Of a DNA stretch of 64,000 bases, positions 12,121 through 24,740 are shown piece after piece. The stretch covers positions 1,396,761-1,460,760 of the forward strand of contig NMRA01000009.1 of assembly GCA_002633005.1 (NCBI GenBank). Direction: 5' to 3'. Both the position numbers and the translations under genes were made by a program. Source of the DNA: Phoronis australis. Taxonomy: Eukaryota > Animalia > Phoronida. Numbering within the stretch: position 1 is the first letter of the stretch; every line of letters begins with the position of its first letter. The notes beneath the pieces are model-generated. The model did no database searches. It had not been told where the DNA came from and saw only the letters and a program-made list of their open reading frames with translations.

Positions 12121-12361
12121 CCAACAAAACTAACTTAGCTAAGACAAATCTTAAATTTTATTAAATTTTAAGATAAAACTTAAATTTGTCTCGAAACCGT
12201 TTCAAGAAAGAGGTCTTAAGTTTGAATTCAGGTTTTTGATAAAAGTTTTGTCTTAGTTTTAACTACCTTATCGGATGTGGAAGTTTCAAAGTATGGAAGT
12301 TAAAACAATTCTTACACTTAAGTCAAAAATGAACTTAAGTTAGTTTCTTGGAACAGGCCCC
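12121..12361 (-). mobile_element. PIF/Harbinger-like MITE, one end eroded
   Basis: Reverse complement of 15316-15564; terminus ttcttggaacaggccc. Confidence 0.8.
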
Positions 12362-15315
12362 TAGTCTACATCAACCGGGAATTTGTCGCCGACCGCCATT
12401 GATATCACGAAAGTTGACCAAAGCTCCTATTGTGTTGTGCAGAGCAATTATCGCATTTAGCGATGTCTTCACGGATACTGACTGAGATAAATTTAAATGT
12501 CAAGTACAGAAACTGGTAATTTAATTTTTAACGTGTTTGTGTTCTGAAATTGAATTCCTCGTGAAAAGTTAGTGTAGGATCTTTCTTTGTTTGAAGAAAT
12601 ACTATAAAAAATTGGTCAAAACGCTGCGATGGGTTTTATCTAATTGTTGACAACAGTTTAGAGTCGATGCCATGTTTCGGATTAATGTCAGTGAGGTAGA
12701 TAATTGATATTTGCGTCGTGACATCGGACAAAAGACTGAGACTGGCGATTAACAAAAGGAAGATTGGTATAGGGCCTCTGAAAACCGACATCGTCTGCGG
12801 TGCTCGCGAAAACGCCAGTAGTTTTCGGCGTAACTCAAACCTCCAGGTGAAAGCGCCAGCAAAAGCGACCCACAAAACCCGATTGCTGGCCAGCAGAGCG
12901 AAAATGCTACTGAAAATGCTAGCGTTTTAGCCAGCACGTGAACCGTGTATAACTCTAGGTATGGGGAATTTTTAACAGCATATTTTAGATGTTTTAAAAG
13001 CACATCTATCAATACTATTTTCAGGGATTGGTAACTTCCCACAGATCATTTTCCAGACGACCCCTTGCGATTGTTAAAAATGTCCGTGAAACCATTCGAC
13101 TGGTAGGCCTACTCTTCAACAATTGCGTGACTGACTTCTTCATCAAGTAGATTTTGTATAGTTCAAATTTGAGAATATAATAATTATAAGTTTGCTTTGT
13201 TTATAAGATTTAAGAGTTTAGAATTTGCGTAACAGAATGTTATCAAATAAATATAGGTTATCCCACATTACACAGGAATACTACTGTCCTATCGAGAATT
13301 CATTTCATCTGGCCGAGGAATGTCCCAAAGAGACCGAAGGGCGATAATTCTCCAAAATCCACTCGTTCTCTAGAATACGGGGATAACGACTTTGCCATTA
13401 AAAATCTATATTTATTTTTGTACTAGATTCCATAGTAGTTTCCCGCCATTTATAGAACGATGTGGAATAGTTAACAAAGCCACAAGTTTGAAAAGTGAAA
13501 AATGAAGTCATGTGCCTTCACAAATGAGGATGATTTTTGTAATTTCATTGATTATAACTTACTTAAAGAAATATTAACTGGCACTACTCTGAAGTATATA
13601 TGTAAAAATCAACCTCATATTCATTGTGTAAATTAACGTAACCGGAGCAGGGGGGGGGGGGTCTGAGTGCCTCCCCCAAAAACGAAATGACCAGATCTCT
13701 CGAATCTCTGCAGTTAAGGAGCTGCGGAGCTACCGGGAAAGGAGGGGTTCCGTTCACTGACTATTATTTTGTCCCTTCGATCCTTCCCTAAAAACAAACT
13801 AAACTGAACCTTTCTGCGGTTATAAAATGTAGCCAGGCTGTATTCATTTGCAGTAGTTGCTGAACCAGTCCTTGTTAACGTGAGATCGAATACGTTTTTA
13901 GCATAGAACTAGTTCTACGATTTTAAGATACGAATTACCGCAATTCCCTCAATCACCTGCTATAGGTAGGCTGTTTGGGCGTTATGTCGCAGTGTCCGTA
14001 TGGGCGCCTAACTTAAAACTGCAGTCCGCGACAGGGCATTTACTCGACTCGGGTTAATGAGGCGGCGAGCGCCCTGCAATATAGCCATATAAATATTGGG
14101 CGAACTTAATGAGTAAGGAGATTGCGCCAATAGGACCTTAAAGTTCTGTTTTGCGTCACCGGCAATCCTGAACGGTTTTTTGAGGAGCTGGTAAAGCGAC
14201 TTTATTAGCAGGGGCGAGCGTTTTGCCCAACATGGTCGTGCATAAGGTTTAAAGGTCTAGGTTCTTTTATTAAGTGGTTAGGTTACAACTGAAATGTCTT
14301 CCGGAAGAAGCTTTCTTTAACCCCTGGACAGAGAACTTATTTCTTTTTTTGTCTCTGATTACACTGCTCAAAGGCTGCCATTTCAGTATTTCCGTCAGCG
14401 GTATGATTTATACTAAAACAGTCGCACCTAGGGAAAGACGTGTTTCAGCACTAAAATGTCTTTGGAGCAACATCAGAATGATTGTGTAACATGAATCATT
14501 AGGGACAAAAATAATGAGGTTTTCAGTGCGACTATGGCAGCGATCGGGTGCTTAGTCTTTCTAGCGTGAGTAAAATGTGCTTGATAGTGTAACAGTTAAA
14601 TATCAGTGCATGGACCGAATTTCCAGGTACACTTGCATTTATTCTGAGAAAGGACTGAAAACATTTGATGACAAAATGAATGTCTCGCCCGCTTCTGCAT
14701 CATGTTAAGTTTTTACTGAATTACCAGGGAAGCTGACAAAATCGGCATGACTCGTTCCATAGGTAATAAATTTGATGAAATGGGACTTGAAGTTTTGCAT
14801 GACTCGAGCGTCTTCTGTCAGTAGAATGAATAAAATGTACATGGCCCGGAGGTCTAACCTTTGTACTCGCATTTGAACACGAAATTATTTATAATGCTTT
14901 GAGTTCTACTTTTGTACAAATTCAAGAATGCGTGCAAATTTTTGTGTGCTATAGTATATCACAACGCACGCAGACGACTGTCTAGTCCAAGTTGTGACTT
15001 GATGATCGACCCCCAGATTCGTGATGAAACTCGAGTAAAAACTCGTGATTTTAAATTTGGACTAAAATTTATAGCTTCAACCCTGGGTTCATCAAGTGAA
15101 AACTATGAGTAGACAGTGAACCACGTACCATAATCGTACGACGTCATAATGGTTTATGAGGTTCACTGTCTACTCCCGACAGTACTCGAGACATCTATCT
15201 TGAATTCGGCGCCTGAAAAAGCAAAACGAAAAATGTCAAAAATAGTTTCGAGTTCAATTTCTAGCACAAAATCTGAAGCCCGGACACATGTAACGTCATG
15301 GAAGAGTAAAGAATT

Positions 15316-15564
15316 GGTGCCTGTTCCAAGAAACTGACTTAAGTTCATTTTTGACTTAAGTTTAAGATTTCTCTTAACTTCCAAACTTTGAAACTTCCAC
15401 ATTCGGCAAGTTAGTCAAAATTAAGAGAAAACTTATGTCAAACACTTAAGTCAAACTTAAAATCTTTTTCTTGAATTGGTGTTGAGACAAATTTAACTTT
15501 TATTTTAAAATTTACTAAAATTTTAGATTTGTCTTAGCTTAGTCAGTTTTGTTGGAACGGGCCG
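15316..15564 (+). mobile_element. PIF/Harbinger-like MITE
   Basis: TIRs gcctgttccaagaaactgact ... agtcagttttgttggaacgggcc; second copy inverted at 12121-12361. Confidence 0.8.
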
Positions 15565-15579
15565 CTGTAATGCGTTTAA

Positions 15580-15860
15580 AGCTGCACATGATGTTTGGCT
15601 GGCTAACTTGAAAACGAAAATTGAATTTGGCCTTTTACTCTAAAGGTGTTAGACCCAATTTCAGTGAATGACGGGTAAAATTTAATCGTTAAACCGAAAT
15701 GTTCGTATTTTATTCATTGCCCTGGGCACAGAAAGCCGCGAGCCTTTCCATTCTGTAACAAACAGTGGGAAAAGTTTAAACAGAGTCCCACGAAAAATCT
15801 GATCCCTGATTATTGTAGGGGAATTTTGCCGCCTGATTTGTCAAATCTAGACTAGCAACT
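15580..15860. mobile_element. Possible Kolobok-like MITE
   Basis: ttaa|agctgca ... tagcaact|ttaa; only a short imperfect TIR. Confidence 0.3.
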
Positions 15861-18280
15861 TTAAAAGAATGTAACTCAAAAAGTTGTTTATTCAAAACTA
15901 ATTCATTTCGTGTCGTGTTTATATCCCATACGGAATACCCCTCTACTAAACGGTATAGTCATCGAAGTTCTCAACAAATGAATCCTGATCAGACGTCCTA
16001 GTCACCTTCTCATACAAATTACATCTGAACGCGGTATACATGTACACGTTATCTTCAGTCACATGCTATCGTTAAAACTTGTTTTTCTCAGCGTTTCACA
16101 TACAGGCACATGGACTTAAATGCAAATGTACGGGTCCTGGTCGCAGGTTCACGGGTACATATATCACCGCAAGTACAGTACTAAAAATAATCAATGCGTT
16201 CCAGTTCTTGCAATGGATGTCTTCTGCAAAATGTCACTCAATTTCTTCCGAAAACCTCCATTAGGCCATCGTTACGAACAAGGTCTGAACAAGGTCTACA
16301 AAATGATGCATGAACAGCCACTGAAATTTTGATGTTTTTAAACGCAAACATAAACATTTCATTGCGATCCTCAGATCCCGAGCGCCGATTGATAATACGA
16401 CGCTGCTGCACAATACAGATGTTTTCGTTAACACAAAAACAAAACAATGATTTTTAGGTCCGGTTTTTCATAATCGAACGTATGGAGTTATATTCCGTGA
16501 CAAGTAAAATAGGCAGAAAATAAGTAGATTTGACGCATAAATAGGTTATCCCGAACTTGTTATCGTTCAAGATATTTCTAAATTAATGCTGCTATAGTGT
16601 TGTCGAGTCGTATAAAGGAACTCTGAGCCTGATAATCAAATAGCGTTGCAATTGGGCATAATAATTGGGCCCTCGAGCATGATCACAATACGCGAAGAAG
16701 ATTAAAACTCCGTTCTTTCCGCAAGCTACGCGTAATTCGATGTGTATACTTGTCGGCTGCTTCTAATTATTTGGACTGTCAATATCGCCATTCCCAGATG
16801 TTACCATGATATTGATATTAATTTAGAACCATAGCAGATAAAATAAACATCCCGTCTTCCCTGCATCCAGTAGGTTCGAGTATTGAAAAGGCCGACCGTT
16901 TTTACATTTTGCGTTTTGAAACGGATACAGCTTGTTTGAAATGACACAAACCTTGAGAAAAAGCAAAGAAAACGTTTTGAACAATTCATAAACAAAGATT
17001 TTTGAATTTTTTCCAAAGACCATTTTCCTCATGGTTTTTCAAAAAATCCTGTCACTGTTCCGAAAAATCTGCCATGGATGTCTTCAGGTCAACGATAGAG
17101 GCACCAGGTCATCACGGCTTGCTCGTTTTTGAGCTTTTATAATATTTTCCACGTAGACAATGTTCAGTCATAATTTTACTTTCACGTCAAAAACAACTAA
17201 AACAAAACCCCAGCACCGGTTTGAAATATATTTGTATTTGATTTCATGATTGTGTGATTTCGCAATTGAGAAACGCTCACCATCGTGAAGTCACATGCTA
17301 GTTTTGACTTGAACTTTCATCAATGAAAAACCTGTACATCTTATACTCCAGTTTTGTTAAATTCTATTGTAGGATAACTAAGCCACCCGTTTGTATACAA
17401 CAGCACTTGGGGGCTTTTTCATAAAGTTTCAGAGTATCCTTGAGCAAAAACCAGCTATGCCAAACTGTAGTAGGCATACCGGGTATTGTTCAGTCTAACA
17501 AAAGAGCTTTGTGCAGTAGACGTGATAAATGTGTAATTTGTTGAGTTCGCATCAACTACCATTCAAATGTGCATTGCAATGCGTAAAGGATTTCCAGAAA
17601 AAGGATCGAAATGACATCTTTGCAATTTTTAAACAAGTCTCATTTTTGCACAAACGTAAATAAAGAATGCACTGAAGGGTACTTAAAGACAGTGAAAAAA
17701 ATAAAAAGAAAAGAACTACTATTCGGAAAAAGAATCCCTTTAGTGAGAGAGACCGGGTGCGGAACTTGAAAAACAATGATGAGCACTCAAGACAACTGGA
17801 AGACTGAGTACGCCAACGGTCATCATATAAAGGTCGGGTTATCCGCTAGAAAGATACCAAACTCGCTGTTTTGGCCTATCAACAGACACCGTGTCTGTTA
17901 GGCTAAACGGCGACTTTTCAATCCATTTAGAACTCTGAAACCGATGCTCTGCCAATCAGCTCAGCCTGGAAGAGACCACCCACTGAATGAAAAATCATAA
18001 TGTCTAATCCATGACACGGAGAGTGAGATTTAGGAAAAATTTGTTTTTGCGTATCTTCACCGTAAACAGACCATTTTGTTACTGAAAAAAGTGACCCCTA
18101 CACTCAGCTCTAGTACTCAGTCAATGGTGGCCTGGCGCTGACCCCTGATACCCGGCTGCCGCCAAAAGCAGCCTGAGCAAGCTGCACCTCGGAGGTACTT
18201 GGAATCATGAAAAAAGTAGTACCAGGGTAGAGTTTAGAAGCTGTTTCGCGGCTAGATAAACCTAACCAAAATCACATGCT

Positions 18281-18380
18281 CTCATTTCAGTCAAACACAC
18301 GGCAATATGTTACATAATCTCGCGAAGTCTTGCTTTTTAGCGAGGTCGTAGCGTAGATCCTCGCGTGACTGAACTCCCTC
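18281..18380 (-). pseudogene. Decayed coding fragment of an unknown protein (GVQSREDLRYDLAK/KTSRDYVTYCRVF)
   Basis: Homologous to 19295-19390 with many synonymous third-position differences; 1-nt frameshift. Confidence 0.55.
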
Positions 18381-19009
18381 AGAATTTTGAATTTTAGCAA
18401 GAAACAGCCACAAGACGTCGCTCTTTCACATGACCTTGACTTTCAGCTTCCATATTTTGAAGAGAGGAACTTCCCCGTTTCATTATTTAGGTATGATTTT
18501 ATTAACTTATTCGTTTGTGATGTTTTCACCTTCCACTCCATGGTTCATGGCGCGAAAAAATTCTTTCAGTCTGTTGTAAATTCTCATTTCAAGTCCGCTG
18601 TCAATCATTTCTACATGTTTTGAGTAGTCATCCCATATTGCTCCAGTCAGTGCCAGTCGAAAGGGGATAGGCTGCACGCCTCTGTTGTATTCCGACCCAG
18701 AATCGGTCATACTTCCCCATTAAAAGTTACTCGTTTCAAAATACATCGAATAACATCAAATGAAGCATGCATATATACTCCTCATAATTTCTAATTCATA
18801 CCAAGACTGTGAAGACAATGCTGCCACTGCAACTGCCAGTTGAACTGGTCGCATATACACATAGTGTACATTAATTATCGGATAGACCCTAAATATTGGA
18901 CATTACATAAAATCTTACTTGAAGCATAATCTGAGAAATAAATGACACCAATTTTTGTTCCGCTGTAATGCATTCAACGTTCAGCATTGTCTTGTTTTTT
19001 ATAGCGTTG

Positions 19010-21591
19010 CAGGGCTCGACATTAACGGTAGTCCGACTGCCCGGGACAACCAATTTGTTGGTCCAGACAAGCTCACGGTCGAGCAGCTTGTCCGATAGGA
19101 CAAGTTACATTTTTGGAAACTATAGTAAATATGAACAATCAGAACTTCTTCGTAGCATGAGGGATAACTCACTTGTTTAGCCATCAGTGTCGGGAATATT
19201 TGCGGCGCAAATCGGCAAAGTGTTGTTTAGATTATGCAGGAGCTCGTGATCCGAGGCACTTGCATTTGAATGGTTCTAGCCCAAGTGATGTGTTCTCATT
19301 TAAAAACACGGCAGTATCTCACGTAATCTGGCAAAGTTTTGATTTTAGCTAGGTCCTTGCGTAGTTCCAAGCGTTTTGAACGCACGCCAGTTTCCCGATG
19401 ATTTGTGTCATTCGGAAGGCGCCTCAAACCAGTTCGCTCAATGTATTACCGTACTCGTGCGGGTTACGGCCCATGCTTGAGACTTCCGTAAAATTATCTG
19501 TGCTTCTGTGAATGCACAAAATTAAGATTCCAAAATGTGCTCAACTTGCTTACCTTTCTGTGACAATCAAACAGTTTTAGTGAAACCGGGACATTGCCTT
19601 ACTATGGCGGTAAAATACGTATTCTCATGGCCTTTATTGATGGAGACACAATTGTTTCCTTTGGCTCACACGCGAAACTCTTGTCGGCATGTACTGATCA
19701 CTGAAGCAGCGCTTGTCAAATGTATTTCCTTTGCTGTAGAAGAACCCACAAAGCAGTACTTGACAGGGATATCACGTCCGTGGCCAACCTTTCTGTGATT
19801 CCCGTGACAGTACACGAAACATAACCAACATGATCATTGAAATAAAAAAGACGCAGTCCATTGTGACAAGCCAATTTGCGTCGCTGTACCCGTCTTGGTT
19901 AAACGCATGATTTTAACGACTTTCACTCCTGACACCAAAATGGAAGTGCCCAACCAAAGCCAAGAGCGCAAAAAATCAATTTGTCATTAGCGCAAGTCGA
20001 ACATTCGGTCCACGCTCCACGTGGACAAAAACTTGTTTTTTTGAACTTTTGATTTGCCTGATGACTTTTTACAAGATGTGTTTTTGCTTCATTATTTTGG
20101 CAGCTGACCGAGTACCCCTATTGCCTAATAGTAGTATGGTGGAATTGTTGAGCACCTGCGGTGTCAGCTTTGAATTCAAAAAGAAATAAACCTTGTATAT
20201 AAAATGTTACACTGTTCAAAGTATTCAATAAGAAGGCCTGTCAATCAGTAGCATGTGTTTAGTTGTTTAAGTTCAAAGTATTCAAAAGGAAGACCTGTCA
20301 ATTATTAGCACATGCTTGGTTGCTTAAGAGTCCAGTGGGAAGCAAATCTTTACACAATCAATTGCTTCCCTTAAAAATACACCGTGAGCTAGCGGAGTCT
20401 TGTTTAAACTGTCTTTTCTCTCAAGAAACTTGCCCTACTGAACGCACGCCTACCTGTAGGAATGCCTTATTTCTAAGAGATGACGAGCAGCCACCGAGGT
20501 ACGTAAAAACCCAATCACACTCTGGATCACGACACCACTGTATCGTGTGCACAGGCCGTCGAAGTTCGTTACTGCAATCCCTCGACCTATATTTTAACTG
20601 ATATGCTTGTAGTACGACGTCAGTGTAGCTCCGTTCGGGTAAAATCGGTCCTCCGTGCAGTAAGCAACAACTCCCGACTTTTCATTCAAAAATTTCGATT
20701 TTATTCGCCATGCTCGGCATACCGCCCACCCCCTGTTTTTTAAGATTCCCAATTTAGGCGGCCTGGGTAGTAACGTGGATGAGTATGGTAAGTCAAATTA
20801 CAATCATTTGCTTGTCAACACATTTCGACAATTAATCGTTACAATTTGATTTATGTACAAGGCTCACGTGTAGTAGCGATAACTCGCTAGCACGTATTAA
20901 TAAAACTTGATGACATTCGACTGTTCTACGTCATGTGTGGAAACTGTCATCTGCGCCGGTGTCTGCAGTTGCAATGTCGAAATAGATACTTAGTTAGCGT
21001 ATGGTTTCAAGTCAAGGAGCTCTAATCTTGCAACTGGTAACCATACCAAAGTGCGTGAAACCACCAAGCAACAATATGAAGCCAATAAACGAAAACGGGA
21101 ATTCCTTCCGAACTGGAAGAAAGATTTTGACTGGTTACAGTATGATAGCGACCAGAGATAGAATATGTTGTATCCCGTGTGAAGAATACGCAAACAGTTC
21201 ATCTCTTACGTCTGGATCAGATGTGTTCAGGATTCAATCTTTGAAAAGTCACAAACAGTTGACGGCTCACTCGGCAGCTTATAAAAAAACATGTAACTGA
21301 ATTGAAAAGCCAGGGTAAACTTGTGGCGTGTTCACTGGTGAAATCCAAATACAAATACCCACTTTTATAAACTTGTGCAAAATTTATAAATTGTGTAATA
21401 TATGCTCTTACACATGTTTATTGAGCTTGTGCTAACAGGTATAATGTGCGACATTCATATACCGGTATGTTTGAAAAGTATAATTTGAGTTTAATTACCT
21501 TTGGACAAGTTTCTCATAGGTCAGGACAAGTACATTTCATTTCTACTTGTCTGACTGGAAAAGTTAAAGTAAAAGTTAATGTCGAGCCTTG
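19010..21591 (+). mobile_element. Internally deleted hAT-family DNA transposon (hAT5-like)
   Basis: TIRs cagggctcgacattaac / gttaatgtcgagccttg; subterminal ggacaag/cttgtc repeats; flanks cgttg and cgctg (5 bp, 1 mismatch); zinc-finger remnant inside. Confidence 0.85.
21064..21290 (+). pseudogene. Frameshifted TTF/ZNF862-type zinc finger from a hAT transposase N-terminus
   Basis: YEANKRKREFLPNWKKDFDWLQYDSDQ / DRICCIPCEEYANSSSLTSGSDVFRIQSLKSHKQLTAH, i.e. the F..W...F.WL...CxxC...G...FR...L..H.....H pattern. Confidence 0.8.
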
Positions 21592-21626
21592 CGCTGCCTC
21601 GTTCTGATTTCACCGAGAGAGGGTGN

Positions 21627-22122
21627 GACTGGTTACAGTATGATAGCGACCAGAGATAGAATATGTTGTATCCCGTGTGAAGAATACGCAAACCGTTCAT
21701 CTCTTACGTCTGGATCAGATGTGTTCAGGATTCAATCTTTGAAAAGTCACAAACAGTTGACGGCTCACTCGGCAGCTTATAAAAAACATGTAACTGAATT
21801 GAAAAGCCAGAGTAAACTTGTGGCGTGTTCACTGGTGAAATCCAAATACAAATACCCACTTTTATAAACTTGTGCAAAATTTATAAATTGTGTAATATAT
21901 GCTCTTACACATGTTTATTGAGCTTGTGCTAACAGGTATAATGTGCGACATTCATATACCGGTATGTTTGAAAAGTATAATTTGAGTTTAATTACCTTTG
22001 GACAAGTTTCTTATAGGTCAGGACAAGTACATTTCATTTCTACTTGTCTGACTGGAAAAGTTAAAGTAAAAGTTAATGTCGAGCCTTGCGCTGCCTCGTT
22101 CTGATTTCACCGAGAGAGGGTG
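21627..22122. repeat. Near-identical copy (about 496 bp) of 21129-21625 joined by a single N; probable assembly or haplotype artefact
   Basis: Same sequence with about four differences; N at 21626 exactly at the junction. Confidence 0.85.
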
Positions 22123-22482
22123 CAATTTAGACCTCCAAGTCAGCCTAAAATGGACGATCGCATAAATCGGTTATAAAAGTTGACAACAAAATCTTTTTCC
22201 ATAACGAAGTAACTGACAATATGGCACTGTTTCATTTTTTATTTGTTTTTAAACTCACGTCAAACCCCGGTCACGCACGTGCGTGTGTCATATCAAGCAG
22301 GCAAAGAGATACTAAAAACTGCAGTGGGGTTGCACTGATTCATCGAGACAACTTGGTGCTGTCATCAGATGACATTTTATGGATAATTTTATTGCGAACG
22401 GAGCTGTGTTCTAGCAGCAAGTATATCAAAACACTCGAGCTGCAATTTGGCGACAAAGTGCCAGCGGCCATTACTTAGTTAG

Positions 22483-22630
22483 TCAGTTTTCCTCGGTGTG
22501 GTGTATGCAGAAACATGGTGTCCGATATTTAGGTTCTCTGAAAGTTTGCTAATTGTGTTTTTTTTTTAATGATTAGAACATAAATGTGGATTTCGGTGAC
22601 ATAGTATAGTAATAGAACTATTCCGTAAAG
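22483..22630 (+). promoter_or_regulatory. Candidate TSS / non-coding first exon
   Basis: CpG-rich upstream region with CACGTG and gcggccat, Inr-like TCAGTT at 22483, aacatggtg motif, consensus donor AAG|GTAAGT at 22631. Confidence 0.4.
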
Positions 22631-23574
22631 GTAAGTCATTATTTCAATAAAGGATTTACAACAATCCTTAGTATTTCCAATTAATGCAAAATGTGCCAAA
22701 ACGTCTGATAATTAGGTCGCTTGACTATAGTGAAGTGTGGACCTTGCAAAGTCACACTTAATTCCTTTAATTCAAACGCGATTCATTGAGGATATATGAA
22801 CCAGAAAGGACAGATGTGCTTTTACAAGTGATATTTTTAACTTTAAAATGTATTTGAGAGGAGGTGAAAACTTCTAACGTGGTAGCTGGAATTTGACTAC
22901 CACCGTTATAAATACATGGGGCTGAAACATGAACATAGCCGGATGGGGATTATTCCTGCACCAATAACAGACTAGGAAGGCCTACCTGTTGCATAGATTC
23001 TGGTAGACACAGGCAATACTGTCTACATGAACACTCAAAACTTGTTGTGAGCTAGCCTACCTAAAAACAGGTCTATTCACTCGACTTTATGTATGATGTT
23101 TAATGCATGTTGCTAACTTTCCAAAATGAAAAACGTGACGTCTGGATCGAGGACTGGGATCTTATGATTCCGGCGTAAGGGGAGAAATGTCCACCAAAAC
23201 CCTACAACGGCATGCTGATAGTATTTTTTGTGTTCTAGTTGTGCAATGGGGAAAATATGAGACTTTATATTAAAAGTGATGTGGACTAGTATGAGCATGT
23301 ATATGCATCCAGGTGTAAACACGACATGAGAATGTAAATATCGTTGCGTATGTCAATCGTGGGGAAAAGTCATAGTTTGGGTTTTCATGACAAGTTATGG
23401 ATCATCACGTTGTCTTCAGTACTTGAATACTTGATACCGTAGCCTTTTTCACACTATATTTATGTAATGGCAATATCAAGCCCAAATATTCACAACTTGT
23501 GCTTTTTTCATACACACATCTATGTGAACACTACAGTTGGTGACAAGATACGCTGGATTAAATATACCACATAA

Positions 23575-24071
23575 GGCCCTTTCATATTGACTTAACTCCG
23601 GTCTGAGCAGAGCGTTGACGTAAACAGCGCAGTTAACTTGACTGTTCATACTGGCTTCGGTAGTTAATGACCATCGAAGTTAAGGGTTGGTGACGCTGAT
23701 GTCATTGAAGTTATCGCAAGGTAGCGCTGTACGCTAAGATTTTTTTCAAAGTGACAATTTGGGAACATTTAAATGTGCTAAATGACATTAAACTCATTTT
23801 TAAATCGATTGGTTATCATTAGAGTAAAAAATAAGTAGTTATTAGTGACAGCACTACTCTGTAACTGTTGATGATAACAGTGGCACCTGGCAATAACTTC
23901 GATTGGAACGGAGTTAAGCGTTCATACTGCACCGCAGCGTCGACGCTGCGGTCTTAAATCCACCTGTTAACTGCGATGTAAACTGGAGCTGTTAACTGCG
24001 ATCCAGGACCGGAGTTAAGCGTTCATACTGACCGCAACTCCCCAAACCGTCGACGTTAGTATGAAAGGCCC
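23575..24071 (+). mobile_element. PIF/Harbinger-like MITE, family H1 (about 500 bp)
   Basis: TIR ggccctttcata...tatgaaaggccc; further copies at 49701-50229 (-) and 55814-56318 (+). Confidence 0.85.
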
Positions 24072-24072
24072 T

Positions 24073-24740
24073 ATAAAAAATTCTTTAAGAACTAAAGTGA
24101 AAGATAATACTAATAATAGAATACTTTTCATAACCATGTTCAATCCATGTTTAAATGGAATTGGCCACGTCTTCATAAAACACCTTTCCGCTCTGCATAT
24201 TTCCCCTCAAATGAAACACCTATTCCCTCATCCACCTATAATTTCTTAGAGAAAGTGTAAAAGCCTAAAAAAATATTTAGTTAGAGCAAATATGGACAAT
24301 ATGCACCAAACTGACAAACCTATTGGCAACACACAATGTAATATATCTACATGCAAAATGTGTAACTTAATCAACGACAATACTTTCTTCCAGTCTTCTC
24401 AAACCAATGAAAACTTCAAAATAAAACATTATTATGACTGCGCCACCAGCAGTATCATTTACCTAATAACATGTAGAAAATGTTCCGTTCAATATGTATG
24501 ACAAACTCAATATAATCTACAAACTCGTTTTCGCAATCATAGATTTAGCATAATACATAAAAACATTTCTGATAGTATAGGTAATCATTTCAATTCCAAA
24601 AACCATTATCTACAAGATCTTTCTGTACAAATAATATGGAAACTCCAATACCCTAGTACCCCTCACAGACTCAAAAGAGAACAATTTTGGATAGATAAAC
24701 TTAACACACTTGAACCCAATGGATTAAACATAAAAACTTG
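24073..24740 (+). pseudogene. Penelope-like retroelement 3' fragment: Cys-knuckle plus GIY-YIG endonuclease
   Basis: One frame with two nonsense codons: PPIIS*RKCKSLKKYLVRA...CNISTCKMC...YDCATSSIIYLITCRKCSVQYV*QT..LQTRFRNH...IGNHF...REQFWIDKLNTLEPNGLN. Confidence 0.93.

Noticed and set aside
14724-15087. Possible MITE with ccaggg(ttg)aagct ends
   Set aside because: The TIR is short and gapped, with no TSD or second copy.
12121-15564. Composite transposon bounded by the two inverted MITE copies
   Set aside because: The copies are clearly diverged, the outer end of the left one is eroded, and there is no shared TSD or internal transposase.
17553-17910. Lys/Arg-rich decayed reading frame on +
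   Set aside because: It has multiple stops and no recognisable motif; composition alone explains it.
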